From an uncultured Candidatus Poseidoniales archaeon (GTDB lineage: Archaea; Thermoplasmatota; Poseidoniia; Poseidoniales; Thalassarchaeaceae): 23,775 nt of DNA. A model generated the notes under the pieces. The model was not told the DNA's origin, ran no database searches, and worked only from the letters and a program-made list of their open reading frames with translations. The translations under genes and the position numbers were made by a program. Positions 6,930 through 17,076 of the stretch are shown here, in pieces. The DNA lies in the NCBI GenBank assembly GCA_964645485.1, contig CAZXZO010000018.1, positions 17,723-41,497 on the forward strand. The letters run 5' to 3'. Each line of letters begins with the position of its first letter. Positions within the stretch are counted from its first letter, which is position 1.

Positions 6930-9900
6930 TCATGCACCACCTCCATCCAAGGTTGCTTGCCAAGATTGTTTGAGTTCTACCATGCTTGCTTGAACAATGG
7001 TTTCACCTGATTTTGTGATAGTTATTTCATCACTACTAACAACTTCACCCAACCGGAAACAAGCATTACTTTCCATTGCTGCTTCGAATTCAGAACTGTG
7101 TTGTTCCTTCACACTCACTAAAATACGACCAAGGCTCTCTCCAAATAACGCGCCCCACTTGTCAAGACTGTTGTCATTATTGAATATCTCAGATATGTCA
7201 ACTCTACAACCAGAATCTGCTCCAAAACAAGCTTCCGCTAAAGCAACAGCAAAGCCACCGTCACTACAATCGTGTGCGCTAACAACTAGTTGTTGACGCA
7301 TTGCTGCAGTAAGGTCGCGATAAAGTGCAAGATTTCGTGTGGTGTCTATCGCTGGAACTCTTCCACCAATTCCACCTCCACATTCGTCTCTAAACATCGT
7401 GACTAATTCGCTTGCACCTAACTCTTGGTGAGTTTGCCCAAGTAAGTAAATGACATCACCACTATTCTTGAAATCACTTGAAACTGCTTTACGAACATCT
7501 TGGTGATTACCTAACAACGTGAACAATAATGTCGGTGGGACACTTATTTTTTCACCATTCATAATCACATCATTCTTCATCGAATCTTTACCACTTATAC
7601 AAGGTAATTGATAAGCCCTACAAACATCATCTAAAGCCCTGTTAGCACGCACTAATTGGGCGAGTTTGTATCTACCATCTGGAGTCTTTTCTGATTCAAC
7701 AGAATCAGGCCAACAGAAGTTATCTAATCCCGCCATCCTATCAAGATCAACACCAACGCAAACCGCATTTCGCACTGCTTCGTCAATACAACCAGCAACC
7801 ATCGCATAAGTGTCAATATCTGAATATCTCGGAATTATACCACAAGAAATCACAGCACCTTGTGTTTCTCCATGTATTGGTGCAATTACTGCCGCGTCCC
7901 CTGGGGCATCGTGGTTTACTCCACAAAATGGTTTGATTACTGTTTGAGCAATCACTTCATGGTCATATGAGCGCACCCACCATTCTTTTGAGGCGATGTT
8001 AGGGCGAGCAAGAAGACGAGATAGTACATCCCCCATACCCGAAGCATCGGTTTGAGGATAAGACGGTTCTGAATTGACTGGCGGTATCCATTCACTCTCA
8101 AGTTGTAATTGGGGAACACCATCGTGGAGGAATTCGATTGGCAGCAAGGCGACAGATTGCTCACCGTGTAAAATATGGAAGTCGCCTGAATCTGTGAAAG
8201 TGCCAACCGCTGTTGCTTCAACTTCATGCAAACTAGCCAATTTTTCAAATTCTTGACAATCTTCTGGTCTAACACCAACGGTCATCCTTTCTTGAGATTC
8301 TGAAACCAATATTTCCCATGAAGAAAGACCAACCTGTTTGAGCGGTACCTGTGAAAGGTCTACCCTTGCACCACCAGTTAATTCGGCCATCTCACCAATG
8401 CTACTAGAAAGCCCGCCCGCGCCATTATCTGTCGTAACTTGAAGAAGGCAATCATCTCTAGCTTTAAGGAGCATGTCAACCATCTTTTTCTGAGTAATTG
8501 GGTCGCCAATTTGGACTGCTGAAGAAGGTGATTCTTCAGTTAATTCTAGACTTGAAAACGTGGCTCCGTGTATCCCATCACTTCCAACACGCCCACCAAC
8601 CATGTAGATGACATCACCCGGGCTTGGTGTTTTATCGTGGCTTTCTCTACCATCTGCTAATCGACGAGGCATAATTCCAACCGTGCCACAATATACCAAT
8701 GGTTTGCCAAGATACCTTTCCTCAAACACTATCGCGCCGTTCACCGTTGGTATTCCTGATTCATTACCACCAGAACGCACTCCTGCATGAACGCCGCGGA
8801 ATACTCGGCTTGGATGAAATAATCCCTCTGGAATTTCTCCTTCAAAATCCGGTGGACCAAAACAAAATACATCGGTATTGGCTATCGGACGAGCTCCTAA
8901 TCCAGTTCCTAAAATATCTCTATTCACACCAACAATACCAGTCATAGCCCCACCAAATGGGTCTAATGCGCTGGGTGAATTGTGAGTTTCAGCCTTAATA
9001 CAAAGACTCCATTCAGGATTCCATTCGATTACTCCTGAATTATCGTGGAAAAGACTGAGCAACCAGTCTACTTTCTCAGCAATATCGAAAGTAGGTTTCA
9101 TGATATGAGTTTTGAATAAAGAATCGATGTGAGTATCTTCACCTGTTTCAGTATCCACGTGATGGATATTTGCTGCAAAAATTTTGTGTTTACAATGTTC
9201 AGACCAAGTCTGTGCTAGACACTCTAATTCTACATCAGTTGGGGCGCAAGGTGGTAACCCTTCTTTTTCTCTTGTTGAGCGTACCTTTGGGTCTCGAAAG
9301 TGTGCTTGTATTGTTTGCATCTCTTCTAGATTTAGTGCAAGAAGACCTTTGTCGCTTATTTCGATTAAAGAATCATCATCAACCTCTAGATCAATTGTTG
9401 TTGGTGTACCAAAAATATTCACCGGTGGTTCAGGGAAATCAAGTACGGGCCATTGGTTATTCTTACATGATTCTTGGTCAGAGATTATGGCTCTCTCAAT
9501 CATGGGGTTATGGAGTTGATTCGCAAGCCATTGACAATCTAAATTATCCGGCAGCCCATAGAAAATATACGTCATTGTAGTAGATACTTCTGCGTTCTCT
9601 GCTTCGGAAGGAAACAGGGTTTTCAAACCATCAAGCCCGGCTTGGGCTGCATTATCTGTAACTCCGGGCTTGAATCCAATTTGTATTGCAATATCGGGAT
9701 TTTGAGGGAATATTTCTTTGTCATTCAAGATGTGTTGATTAACTACTCCATGCTCAATAATTGGGTCACAAAAAAGGTCAGAAACCATCTTTTGGTGGTG
9801 TGTTTCATTGAAATTTCCTTTAACCAGATAGCCCGTAATTGAGCGTACTTCTTGGACTTCTAAGCCATGGTCAGAAGCCAATTGTCTACGGATAGATTCT

Positions 9901-9971
9901 CCTCTAGTATCCTTCAATCCTGTTAGTGATTTAGGAGTCACTTCAACTCGCTGGGGTTGTAATACCGTCAT
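6930..9971 (-). CDS. purL: FGAM synthase PurL with two fused N-terminal PurS-like domains
   Basis: AQTWSEHCKHK, KAETHNSPSALDPFGGAMTG, DNGAGGLSS, SESQERM, ISGKDSM, HDCSDGG, LFGESLGR; ~190-aa N-terminal extension with DPIIE, KPGVTDN, NPMIE; SD GAGGTG supports ATG 9971. Confidence 0.96.
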   Translation of the reverse strand: MTVLQPQRVEVTPKSLTGLKDTRGESIRRQLASDHGLEVQEVRSITGYLVKGNFNETHHQKMVSDLFCDPIIEHGVVNQHILNDKEIFPQNPDIAIQIGFKPGVTDNAAQAGLDGLKTLFPSEAENAEVSTTMTYIFYGLPDNLDCQWLANQLHNPMIERAIISDQESCKNNQWPVLDFPEPPVNIFGTPTTIDLEVDDDSLIEISDKGLLALNLEEMQTIQAHFRDPKVRSTREKEGLPPCAPTDVELECLAQTWSEHCKHKIFAANIHHVDTETGEDTHIDSLFKTHIMKPTFDIAEKVDWLLSLFHDNSGVIEWNPEWSLCIKAETHNSPSALDPFGGAMTGIVGVNRDILGTGLGARPIANTDVFCFGPPDFEGEIPEGLFHPSRVFRGVHAGVRSGGNESGIPTVNGAIVFEERYLGKPLVYCGTVGIMPRRLADGRESHDKTPSPGDVIYMVGGRVGSDGIHGATFSSLELTEESPSSAVQIGDPITQKKMVDMLLKARDDCLLQVTTDNGAGGLSSSIGEMAELTGGARVDLSQVPLKQVGLSSWEILVSESQERMTVGVRPEDCQEFEKLASLHEVEATAVGTFTDSGDFHILHGEQSVALLPIEFLHDGVPQLQLESEWIPPVNSEPSYPQTDASGMGDVLSRLLARPNIASKEWWVRSYDHEVIAQTVIKPFCGVNHDAPGDAAVIAPIHGETQGAVISCGIIPRYSDIDTYAMVAGCIDEAVRNAVCVGVDLDRMAGLDNFCWPDSVESEKTPDGRYKLAQLVRANRALDDVCRAYQLPCISGKDSMKNDVIMNGEKISVPPTLLFTLLGNHQDVRKAVSSDFKNSGDVIYLLGQTHQELGASELVTMFRDECGGGIGGRVPAIDTTRNLALYRDLTAAMRQQLVVSAHDCSDGGFAVALAEACFGADSGCRVDISEIFNNDNSLDKWGALFGESLGRILVSVKEQHSSEFEAAMESNACFRLGEVVSSDEITITKSGETIVQASMVELKQSWQATLDGGGA

Positions 9972-10034
9972 CCCGAGCACCTCTTCAGACTGTGCCGTCT
10001 TGCCGACCGTCCATCAATGAAGCGGCTGACAGAC

Positions 10035-13034
10035 TTATTCTTCTGACATATTCAAAAGTGCTTTTTTCAGATATTTTCCAGTAAATGAATTGCCGTTATT
10101 AGCGATTTCTTCTGGTGTACCAACTGCAACAATATCACCGCCGCCATCACCACCATCTGGCCCCAAATCTATCACCCAATCAGCGCATTTGATTACATCA
10201 AGATGGTGTTCGATTACGATAATTGTGTGGCCATTTGAACGAATTCTTAACAAAACGTCGACTAACTGTTCAATATCAGATAAAGCAAGCCCGGTTGTTG
10301 GTTCATCTAGAATGTAGACTGTATGACGAGTTGTGGGGCGGTGTAGTTGTGTTGCTAATTTGACTCTCTGTGCCTCACCGCCAGAAAGCGTTGTGGCTGG
10401 TTGGCCAAGCCGAATATAACCCAAACCAACATCTTGTAATGTTTTTAGAATTCGATGCAGTTTTTTGTGGCTTTCAAAGAACTGGCATGCTTCGTTTACT
10501 GTCATTTCAAGTATGTCTGAAATGCTCTTTTGTTTCCAAGTAATTTCTAGTGTTTCACGAGTATATCTTGTACCTTCACATATTTCACAAGTAACCCAAA
10601 CATCAGCCAAGAAATGCATCTCCATTTTCACTGAACCAGCACCTGAACAAGATTCACATCTACCACCTCTGACATTAAAGGAAAATTGGCCCGGTTTGTA
10701 ACCGCGTTCTTTTGCTAATGGTGTTGTGGCAAACAATTTTCGAATTTCATCAAATCCTTTTGTGTAAGTTACTGTATTAGAGCGTGGAGTCCGACCAATT
10801 GGAGATTGGTCGATGACTATTACTTTGTCAATATCATCAAAACCAGATACGCTCCCATGTTTACTTGGTGTACTATCGCTGCCATTTAATTCCCGCAATA
10901 ACACTGGAGCAAGTATATCTGAAACTAATGTTGACTTTCCAGAACCAGATACCCCAGTGACTGCAACCATACAACCGAGTGGGAATTTAACGTCTATTTG
11001 GCGTAGGTTATTTGCCTCGGCACCAACAATTTTCAGCCAATCCCCGTTAGGTTTTACTCTTGGAGATGGTATCGCAATCTTTCTTCTACCTGAAAGAAAA
11101 GCCCCTGTCAAACTTTCTTCGTGTTCAAGTAATTCTTCAATCCCGCCACTGACAAGTAATCGACCACCTTCTCGCCCTGCTCCAGGTCCAAGATCAACTA
11201 ACCAATCTGCTTGCCGTAGTGTTTCTTCATCGTGTTCAATCACCAACAATGTGTTGCCAATTTCACATAATTCGCGGAGGGTTGAGAGCAGACGTTGATT
11301 ATCTCGGGCGTGTAGCCCAATGCTAGGTTCATCTAGAACATAAGTTACCCCAGTTAACCTCGTTCCAATTTGAGAAGCAAGCCTAATTCTCTGACTCTCA
11401 CCGCCTGATAGGGTGTTTGAACGACGGTCTAATGTGAGATATTCAAGCCCCACTAAAGCCAAAAATTGAATTCTTGATTCTATTTCTTTTAGCACTTCAC
11501 GAGCAATAAAAAGGTCCCTTTTACCCAATATTTCCGATTTGGGTACTGAACCACTTGTTGACGGCTCACGAGCTAATTTAGTCCATATTTCTTGATCCGA
11601 ATCTCCAAGTCGCCATTGTTGTAAGATTGCTAGTGATTCTAAAACGGTAGATTCGGAAAGTTCGGGTAATGATAGCCCTCCAACAGTCACCGCCCTTACT
11701 GCTGGATTCAATTTTTGGCCGCCACAATCCCCACAAGGTTGGTCAACCATGTATGATTGAAGGCGGTTACGATTTCGTTCACTGTCTGTATCACGATAAG
11801 TACGCATTAGTCGATTAAAAACTCCTTCCCATGGTTTCACCATTTGGTAAACTGATCCTTTTTCGCTTTCAAATTTGAAGGTGATTTCAGTTGAGCCTGA
11901 ACCGTTCAAGATGATGTCTTTTGCGTCATCATCTAAATCTGAAAAAGGAATATTTGATTCAAATCCATATTTCTCAGCAACTTGGCACATCTGATTACGG
12001 TACCACCCTGCCATCATAGAAGATTGGAATGGTCTTACACAACCACCTTCTAAGGAGCGTTCTTCATTTATCAATAAATCATATGAAAAAGCCCTGTCAA
12101 CACCTAATCCTTGACAGGATGTGCAAGCCCCTAAGGGATTGTTAAAAGAAAATATTCGCGGGGACATTTCTGGCATAAATGAGCCGTGTGTGGGACAAGC
12201 GAATTCTTCGCTATAGGGAATTACTTCGCCTTTTTCTGTAGTTGACGAGATTGAACCATCGGGTAACTCTTCACTATTTTCACAACCAGTAATGCTCTCA
12301 ATAGCAACTGTTCCCCCGCCAAGTCGCAAACCAGATTCAACCGCTTCAGTTAATCGTTGACGGTTTTCTCGATATATTCTCAATCTATCTATTCGAATAT
12401 CTATGTCGTGGCGCAGGTTTTTTTCCAATGTTGGTGGTTCTTCAAACTCTACTTCCCTACCATTCACCTTACCAAACACGAAACCTTGTTCCACTAATTG
12501 CGTGAACAAATCTGAATGAGTTCCTTTTCGATTACGAATAGTTGGACACCAGACCGCAACCGCGTGGTTTTCCATTCGCCATTCGATGTCATCAACAATT
12601 TCTTGAACCGTACGACGGGCAACTTCTTTTCCACAATCAGGGCAGTGAGGTTTACCAACTCTAGCATAGAGAAGGCGAAGGTAATCTTGGATTTCTGTTG
12701 TCGTTGCAACTGTAGAACGGGGGTTGTGAGAACCTTGTTTTTGGTCGATGGAAATGGCTGGAGAAAGGCCTTCAATGCTATCGCAGTCTGGTTTTTTCAT
12801 TTGGCCTAGAAATTGTCTAGCATAAGAAGAAAGAGATTCCACATATCTTCTCTGTCCTTCAGCGTAAAGAGTGTCAAATGCGAGACTAGATTTTCCTGAA
12901 CCTGAAACTCCTGATACAACTACAAATCTGCCTCGGGGGATTTTCACATCGATATCGCGTAGATTGTGGGTCCTTGCGCCTCTGACGACAATCCAGCCAT
13001 CATCAAGGCGTGGTCCTGTGCTCTCATCAACCAA
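10035..13034 (-). CDS. uvrA: Excinuclease ABC subunit A
   Basis: GARTHNL, two Walker A motifs (GVSGSGKSS, GVSGSGKST), LSGGESQRIRLA and LSGGEAQRVKLA, DEPSIGLH, Zn-finger Cys pairs; TTG start with SD GGAGGTG at 13040-13046. Confidence 0.98.
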   Translation of the reverse strand: MVDESTGPRLDDGWIVVRGARTHNLRDIDVKIPRGRFVVVSGVSGSGKSSLAFDTLYAEGQRRYVESLSSYARQFLGQMKKPDCDSIEGLSPAISIDQKQGSHNPRSTVATTTEIQDYLRLLYARVGKPHCPDCGKEVARRTVQEIVDDIEWRMENHAVAVWCPTIRNRKGTHSDLFTQLVEQGFVFGKVNGREVEFEEPPTLEKNLRHDIDIRIDRLRIYRENRQRLTEAVESGLRLGGGTVAIESITGCENSEELPDGSISSTTEKGEVIPYSEEFACPTHGSFMPEMSPRIFSFNNPLGACTSCQGLGVDRAFSYDLLINEERSLEGGCVRPFQSSMMAGWYRNQMCQVAEKYGFESNIPFSDLDDDAKDIILNGSGSTEITFKFESEKGSVYQMVKPWEGVFNRLMRTYRDTDSERNRNRLQSYMVDQPCGDCGGQKLNPAVRAVTVGGLSLPELSESTVLESLAILQQWRLGDSDQEIWTKLAREPSTSGSVPKSEILGKRDLFIAREVLKEIESRIQFLALVGLEYLTLDRRSNTLSGGESQRIRLASQIGTRLTGVTYVLDEPSIGLHARDNQRLLSTLRELCEIGNTLLVIEHDEETLRQADWLVDLGPGAGREGGRLLVSGGIEELLEHEESLTGAFLSGRRKIAIPSPRVKPNGDWLKIVGAEANNLRQIDVKFPLGCMVAVTGVSGSGKSTLVSDILAPVLLRELNGSDSTPSKHGSVSGFDDIDKVIVIDQSPIGRTPRSNTVTYTKGFDEIRKLFATTPLAKERGYKPGQFSFNVRGGRCESCSGAGSVKMEMHFLADVWVTCEICEGTRYTRETLEITWKQKSISDILEMTVNEACQFFESHKKLHRILKTLQDVGLGYIRLGQPATTLSGGEAQRVKLATQLHRPTTRHTVYILDEPTTGLALSDIEQLVDVLLRIRSNGHTIIVIEHHLDVIKCADWVIDLGPDGGDGGGDIVAVGTPEEIANNGNSFTGKYLKKALLNMSEE

Positions 13035-13106
13035 TCACACACCTCCGCTAAACATGAGCGCGAGTTCACCGTTCTTGAATTGATGGTTTCAAAGTTAGAA
13101 TGAGTT

Positions 13107-14315
13107 TCATCTCAACCAAAGTGCATCAATGATGTCACCTGGTTTCCCATCAATACCACATGGAAGCAATGTCAAACCATTACAATCAATCATACTACGC
13201 AAATTACCACTGCCTTGATTTTCAGGTACTTCGGCAACCAAATTATCATCCTGCCCTCTAATTTGAATACGTCTCAATGTGATTTTATTCCCAGTTCCTT
13301 TTGCCGCATTCAATAACTTCACCTTAACTTTATCAAATAATTTAGGACCCTGAATCGAATCGTATCCGCAAGAATTAGAAATCCACGGGACTACAATTGA
13401 AAGAAACACAATTTGACTGCTGACGGGGTTACCTGGTAGACCGAATAAAGGTGTGTTTTTCCAAGTTCCAAATAACGGTGGTCCTCCTGGTTTAACGAGA
13501 ACTTTCCAGAATTTTACTTCTCCTTCTTCTTCCATTAAACGACGAACTAAGTCCCACTCACCCATACTGACTCCTCCGCTTGTAAGAATTGCATCACATT
13601 GTGAGGCTGCTAAATCGAAAACATTTCTTAAACTGTTTAGATCATCAGTGACAAATGGAAATTTGACCGGTTCACAACCCATTTCTGAAACTAAACCAAC
13701 TAGGGCTGTCGTATTTGATTCATAAATTTGGCCGGATTTTAATGGCTGTCCGGGTTCTATTAATTCATCACCTGTGCCAATAATTGCAATTTTGGGTGGT
13801 TTGATAACTGGGATTTTTGCATATCCCATCATCGCTGCCATCGCTATATGAGATGGTTTCAACTTTAATCCAGATTCTAACCCAATTTCGCCTTTTGTGA
13901 TGTTTTCTCCTTGTTTCCTTATGAAATGGGGACGGGCTGGCCCATTGATTGAAACAATTTCTCCTTCAACTACACTATCCTCTATCATTACAATAGAATC
14001 TGCGCCAAGAGGTATTGGTGCTCCAGTCATTATTCTGCATGCTTGGCCTTGTTTGACTTCAATTTGTTCTGAACTTCCTGCTGGAATTGTACCAATTATT
14101 TCTAATTTAGAATTTGGATTGATACAATCTGCTTCTTTTACTGCCCAACCATCCATTGCTGAATTATCAAAACGTGGGTCGTCAACTTTTGACTCTAATG
14201 AAGTGGCTAATACCATATTGTGAGAGTCAGATAAATTTCTGATTTCAGTTTCAAATAAAAGTGGATTTTGGTTGGCTAATGTGATCGCTTGTTCAACAGA
14301 CACACCCACCTTCAT
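13107..14315 (-). CDS. moeA: Molybdopterin molybdotransferase MoeA
   Basis: PRFDNSAMDGWAV, IMTGAPIPLGADSIVMIE, GTGDEL, TSGGVSMGEWD, KPGGP, GLPGNPVS, QGSGNL. Confidence 0.96.
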   Translation of the reverse strand: MKVGVSVEQAITLANQNPLLFETEIRNLSDSHNMVLATSLESKVDDPRFDNSAMDGWAVKEADCINPNSKLEIIGTIPAGSSEQIEVKQGQACRIMTGAPIPLGADSIVMIEDSVVEGEIVSINGPARPHFIRKQGENITKGEIGLESGLKLKPSHIAMAAMMGYAKIPVIKPPKIAIIGTGDELIEPGQPLKSGQIYESNTTALVGLVSEMGCEPVKFPFVTDDLNSLRNVFDLAASQCDAILTSGGVSMGEWDLVRRLMEEEGEVKFWKVLVKPGGPPLFGTWKNTPLFGLPGNPVSSQIVFLSIVVPWISNSCGYDSIQGPKLFDKVKVKLLNAAKGTGNKITLRRIQIRGQDDNLVAEVPENQGSGNLRSMIDCNGLTLLPCGIDGKPGDIIDALWLR

Positions 14316-14388
14316 GGTTCTCGGAGCGTGTGGTTGGCCTTGAGTTAGTCGCCGAACATATCAAAAATAAATGAGAGGAGGGAAAAAT

Positions 14389-15153
14389 GTGAGTAGTGTA
14401 GAATTTGGCCTTTTATTGATTGGCCTTTTCATTATGGCAGTTTTATACTCCAGTGTTGGCCATGGTGGGGCATCTGGTTATCTTGCAATTATGTCTTTGA
14501 CATCTTATGGATTGAATGAAAGTGTTTGGTTAAAACAACATGCTTGGTTCTTAAATCTCATAGTTGCAAGTCTTGCTTTTTATTATTACAGGAAGGAAGG
14601 TTTCCATGATTTTAAATTGACAATTCCGTTTATTATTGCAAGTATTCCTATGGCATTTATTGGTGGATTTTTATTAATTGATGCAACTGTATATGATTTA
14701 CTACTTTCAATAACACTAGTGTTAGCGGCTTGGAGATTATATGGCTCGATGGCATATGATGAAGAGGTAACAACAAAGATTCCAACTTTTCAACAAGCTG
14801 CCCCCTGGGGTGTAGGAATTGGTTTAGTTAGTGGAATAGTTGGTGTGGGAGGTGGTATTTTTCTTTCCCCAATAGTTCTGTTGAAAAAATGGGCTTCACC
14901 AAAATCAGTAGCCGCTACATCTGCAATTTTTATCTTAGTGAATTCACTTGCTGGATTGGCTGGAGCAGGGATGTCAGGCCAGTTAAATTTAGATTTTGAA
15001 ATATTGGTTGCTTTTGCATTTGTTGTTTTAGTTGGTGGCATTATTGGTTCAATTTATGGTTCAAAGATTTCATCTGAATCAAAAATCCAAAAATTGCTAG
15101 TATGCGTAATACTAATTGCCGCATCTAAGCGAATTTTTGGTTTACTAATTTAA
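14389..15153 (+). CDS. TauE/SafE (TSUP) family sulfur-compound transporter
   Basis: YSSVGHGGASGY and GLVSGIVGVGGGIFLSP repeat motifs, about 8 hydrophobic helices; SD GAGGAGG at 14374-14380 favours GTG 14389. Confidence 0.88.
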   Translation: MSSVEFGLLLIGLFIMAVLYSSVGHGGASGYLAIMSLTSYGLNESVWLKQHAWFLNLIVASLAFYYYRKEGFHDFKLTIPFIIASIPMAFIGGFLLIDATVYDLLLSITLVLAAWRLYGSMAYDEEVTTKIPTFQQAAPWGVGIGLVSGIVGVGGGIFLSPIVLLKKWASPKSVAATSAIFILVNSLAGLAGAGMSGQLNLDFEILVAFAFVVLVGGIIGSIYGSKISSESKIQKLLVCVILIAASKRIFGLLI

Positions 15154-15157
15154 TAAA

Positions 15158-15460
15158 TTAGAAACCGATTTCATCTTCGTGTCCACATTCTGGATGGGCA
15201 CACAAAACTTTGTATTTGTCTGTTTTTGGCCGAGGTATTTTATTCATTGAACCACACAAACTACACTGGTGCTCAATCTCCTTAACTTCCTCAACATTAG
15301 ATACTCCGTCAAGAACCCTACCAGTATTTTGGGTTGACCAACCTACTTTATCCATGTAACTTTCTTCACCCTTCATTTTTTTACTTCGAAGGGTCAATTT
15401 CATCTTTCGGCGGCGGCGTTTTGGTTTCCCTGCCTTCTTTCCAGTTGGTTTCTTTGCCAT
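15158..15460 (-). CDS. Small hypothetical protein: Lys/Arg-rich N-terminal tail plus C-terminal zinc ribbon (CSLC...CAHPEC)
   Basis: Open frame filling the gap between convergent genes, GGAG upstream, four spaced Cys; start TTG 15469 or ATG 15460. Confidence 0.7.
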   Translation of the reverse strand: MAKKPTGKKAGKPKRRRRKMKLTLRSKKMKGEESYMDKVGWSTQNTGRVLDGVSNVEEVKEIEHQCSLCGSMNKIPRPKTDKYKVLCAHPECGHEDEIGF

Positions 15461-15522
15461 CTTAACCAATTACTCCACAAGGCCTGTCCTATTAGATAAT
15501 TGGTATAGAAAGAACGAATATA

Positions 15523-16836
15523 TTAGATGATATATGAGCGGCAATTATCTGGTTGGTGAACTACCATTTCTTCACTTTCCAACTCTTTTTTTAATAATTC
15601 TTGGCCATCATCCTGATTTCCATGGAATAAAATCACCTCAGAAGCATCAACATCTTTTGCAAACTTCACTAAAAGAGAATGGTCTGCATGATTGGAAAAA
15701 GAGAATTGATCCACCTCTAAATTGATGTCAACTAATTTGCCAAAAATTTTCAAGCGAGAGGAATCTAAAATTTGTCTCCCACCACTGCCTTCAGCTTGGT
15801 AACCAGTTAGTAAGATTGCATTTCTTTGGTCATGCCTCAATCGATTAAGATACCAATGAGCAGGGCCACCATCTAACATACCACTAGTAGTTACGATAAC
15901 ATCTGCATCAATGGCTTTCTTTCTATCAGATTTACTTGATACTAATCTGGCCCAGCGTTTAATTTTTCTAAACTTTTCAGAATCTCTAATGTAATCTGGA
16001 TAGTCAAGATAATGATTAAGAATACGTTTTCCCATCCCATCATAATGGACATCTAAATCAAGATTACTTTCCCATAAATGACTGAGCATATCCTGGCCTC
16101 TCCCATTAGCAAAAGAAGGAATTAAACAAGTCCCACCTCTCTCTACAACTTCCACGACTCGATTAATGAAACGTTGAATCTCACTTTCACGGTCGGGTTG
16201 ATTTCTACCAGCATATGTTGATTCAAGGAATAAAATATCACTTTGAATTGCTTTAGCACCAATAACGCAAGGAGATGACCTTGTATCTATATCTCCTGAC
16301 CACAATAAATTTCGATCACCAAATTGTATTTCCACCATAGCAGCGCCAGGAATATGACCGGCAGGCAAAAACCTCCATTTCCATTCACCATGGTCGACCC
16401 ATTCATCAAAGGAATGAGTTACTATTTGGTCAAGGGCCTCTTCTAAATCTCTTTTATCCCAAGGAAGTGGTTGCCCTTCAATTGAACTCACTTTGTAAGT
16501 ATCTCTCCAAATCATTTCAAGAACTGCAGCTGTTAACTCTGTACAATGTAATTTTGCTCCATGAGACGCTACCACCCACGGTGCAAGCCCAACATGATCA
16601 ATATGAGAATGAGTCAAAATTACATCTGAAACAGGTGGGCCTTCTTCTGGATAAGTTGGGGGTTTTTTCGGGACAAAACCATAATCAATTTGTAATCTAG
16701 TTCCCGAACTATCTTCAAGAATACATCCCACATTACCAACTTCTTCACCGCCTCCAAGAAAATGATAACGTAGTTTACCTTTCTCAACCGGGCTAGAATC
16801 ATAATTCGTTGTTGAGCCAGGAGTGTAAAGAACCAT
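15523..16836 (-). CDS. MBL-fold beta-CASP ribonuclease without KH domains (aCPSF2/aCPSF1b-like)
   Basis: FLGGGEEVG, THSHIDH, AGHIPG, ESTY, TSGMLDGGP, TGYQAEGSGG, FSNHAD; start uncertain (ATG 16836 chosen, track gives 16953). Confidence 0.9.
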   Translation of the reverse strand: MVLYTPGSTTNYDSSPVEKGKLRYHFLGGGEEVGNVGCILEDSSGTRLQIDYGFVPKKPPTYPEEGPPVSDVILTHSHIDHVGLAPWVVASHGAKLHCTELTAAVLEMIWRDTYKVSSIEGQPLPWDKRDLEEALDQIVTHSFDEWVDHGEWKWRFLPAGHIPGAAMVEIQFGDRNLLWSGDIDTRSSPCVIGAKAIQSDILFLESTYAGRNQPDRESEIQRFINRVVEVVERGGTCLIPSFANGRGQDMLSHLWESNLDLDVHYDGMGKRILNHYLDYPDYIRDSEKFRKIKRWARLVSSKSDRKKAIDADVIVTTSGMLDGGPAHWYLNRLRHDQRNAILLTGYQAEGSGGRQILDSSRLKIFGKLVDINLEVDQFSFSNHADHSLLVKFAKDVDASEVILFHGNQDDGQELLKKELESEEMVVHQPDNCRSYII

Positions 16837-17076
16837 GATAACAAATTTCCGTAACTTCGATGTTTCATCAACCTTGGGTAAAGATGGGATAGGGTCCCCC
16901 TTGATTCCAGTAGAAAAATAAAATAGAGATTTGGAGATGGAAAAATCAAACAATAATCGGACTAACTATTATGTCCTGTCCGCGTTCTGACTTGAACACG
17001 TATTGCTTTTAGCACAAATCATCACACTAAATTTTGTATTGCTTTTTTTTTCTAAAGTTGCAGTGGAAAGAAAGGG

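Noticed and set aside
4504-14223. Numerous alternative-frame and antisense ORFs in the track (e.g. 4504-4935, 9170-9580, 10813-11298, 13897-14223)
   Set aside because: They lie within well-supported genes, have no motifs or SD sites, and look like shadow ORFs.
16837-16999. Hidden ncRNA or micro-ORF (MEKSNNNRTNYYVLSAF) in the large intergenic gap
   Set aside because: No convincing structure or family motif; the GGAG abuts the ATG; part of the gap may belong to the RNase N-terminus.
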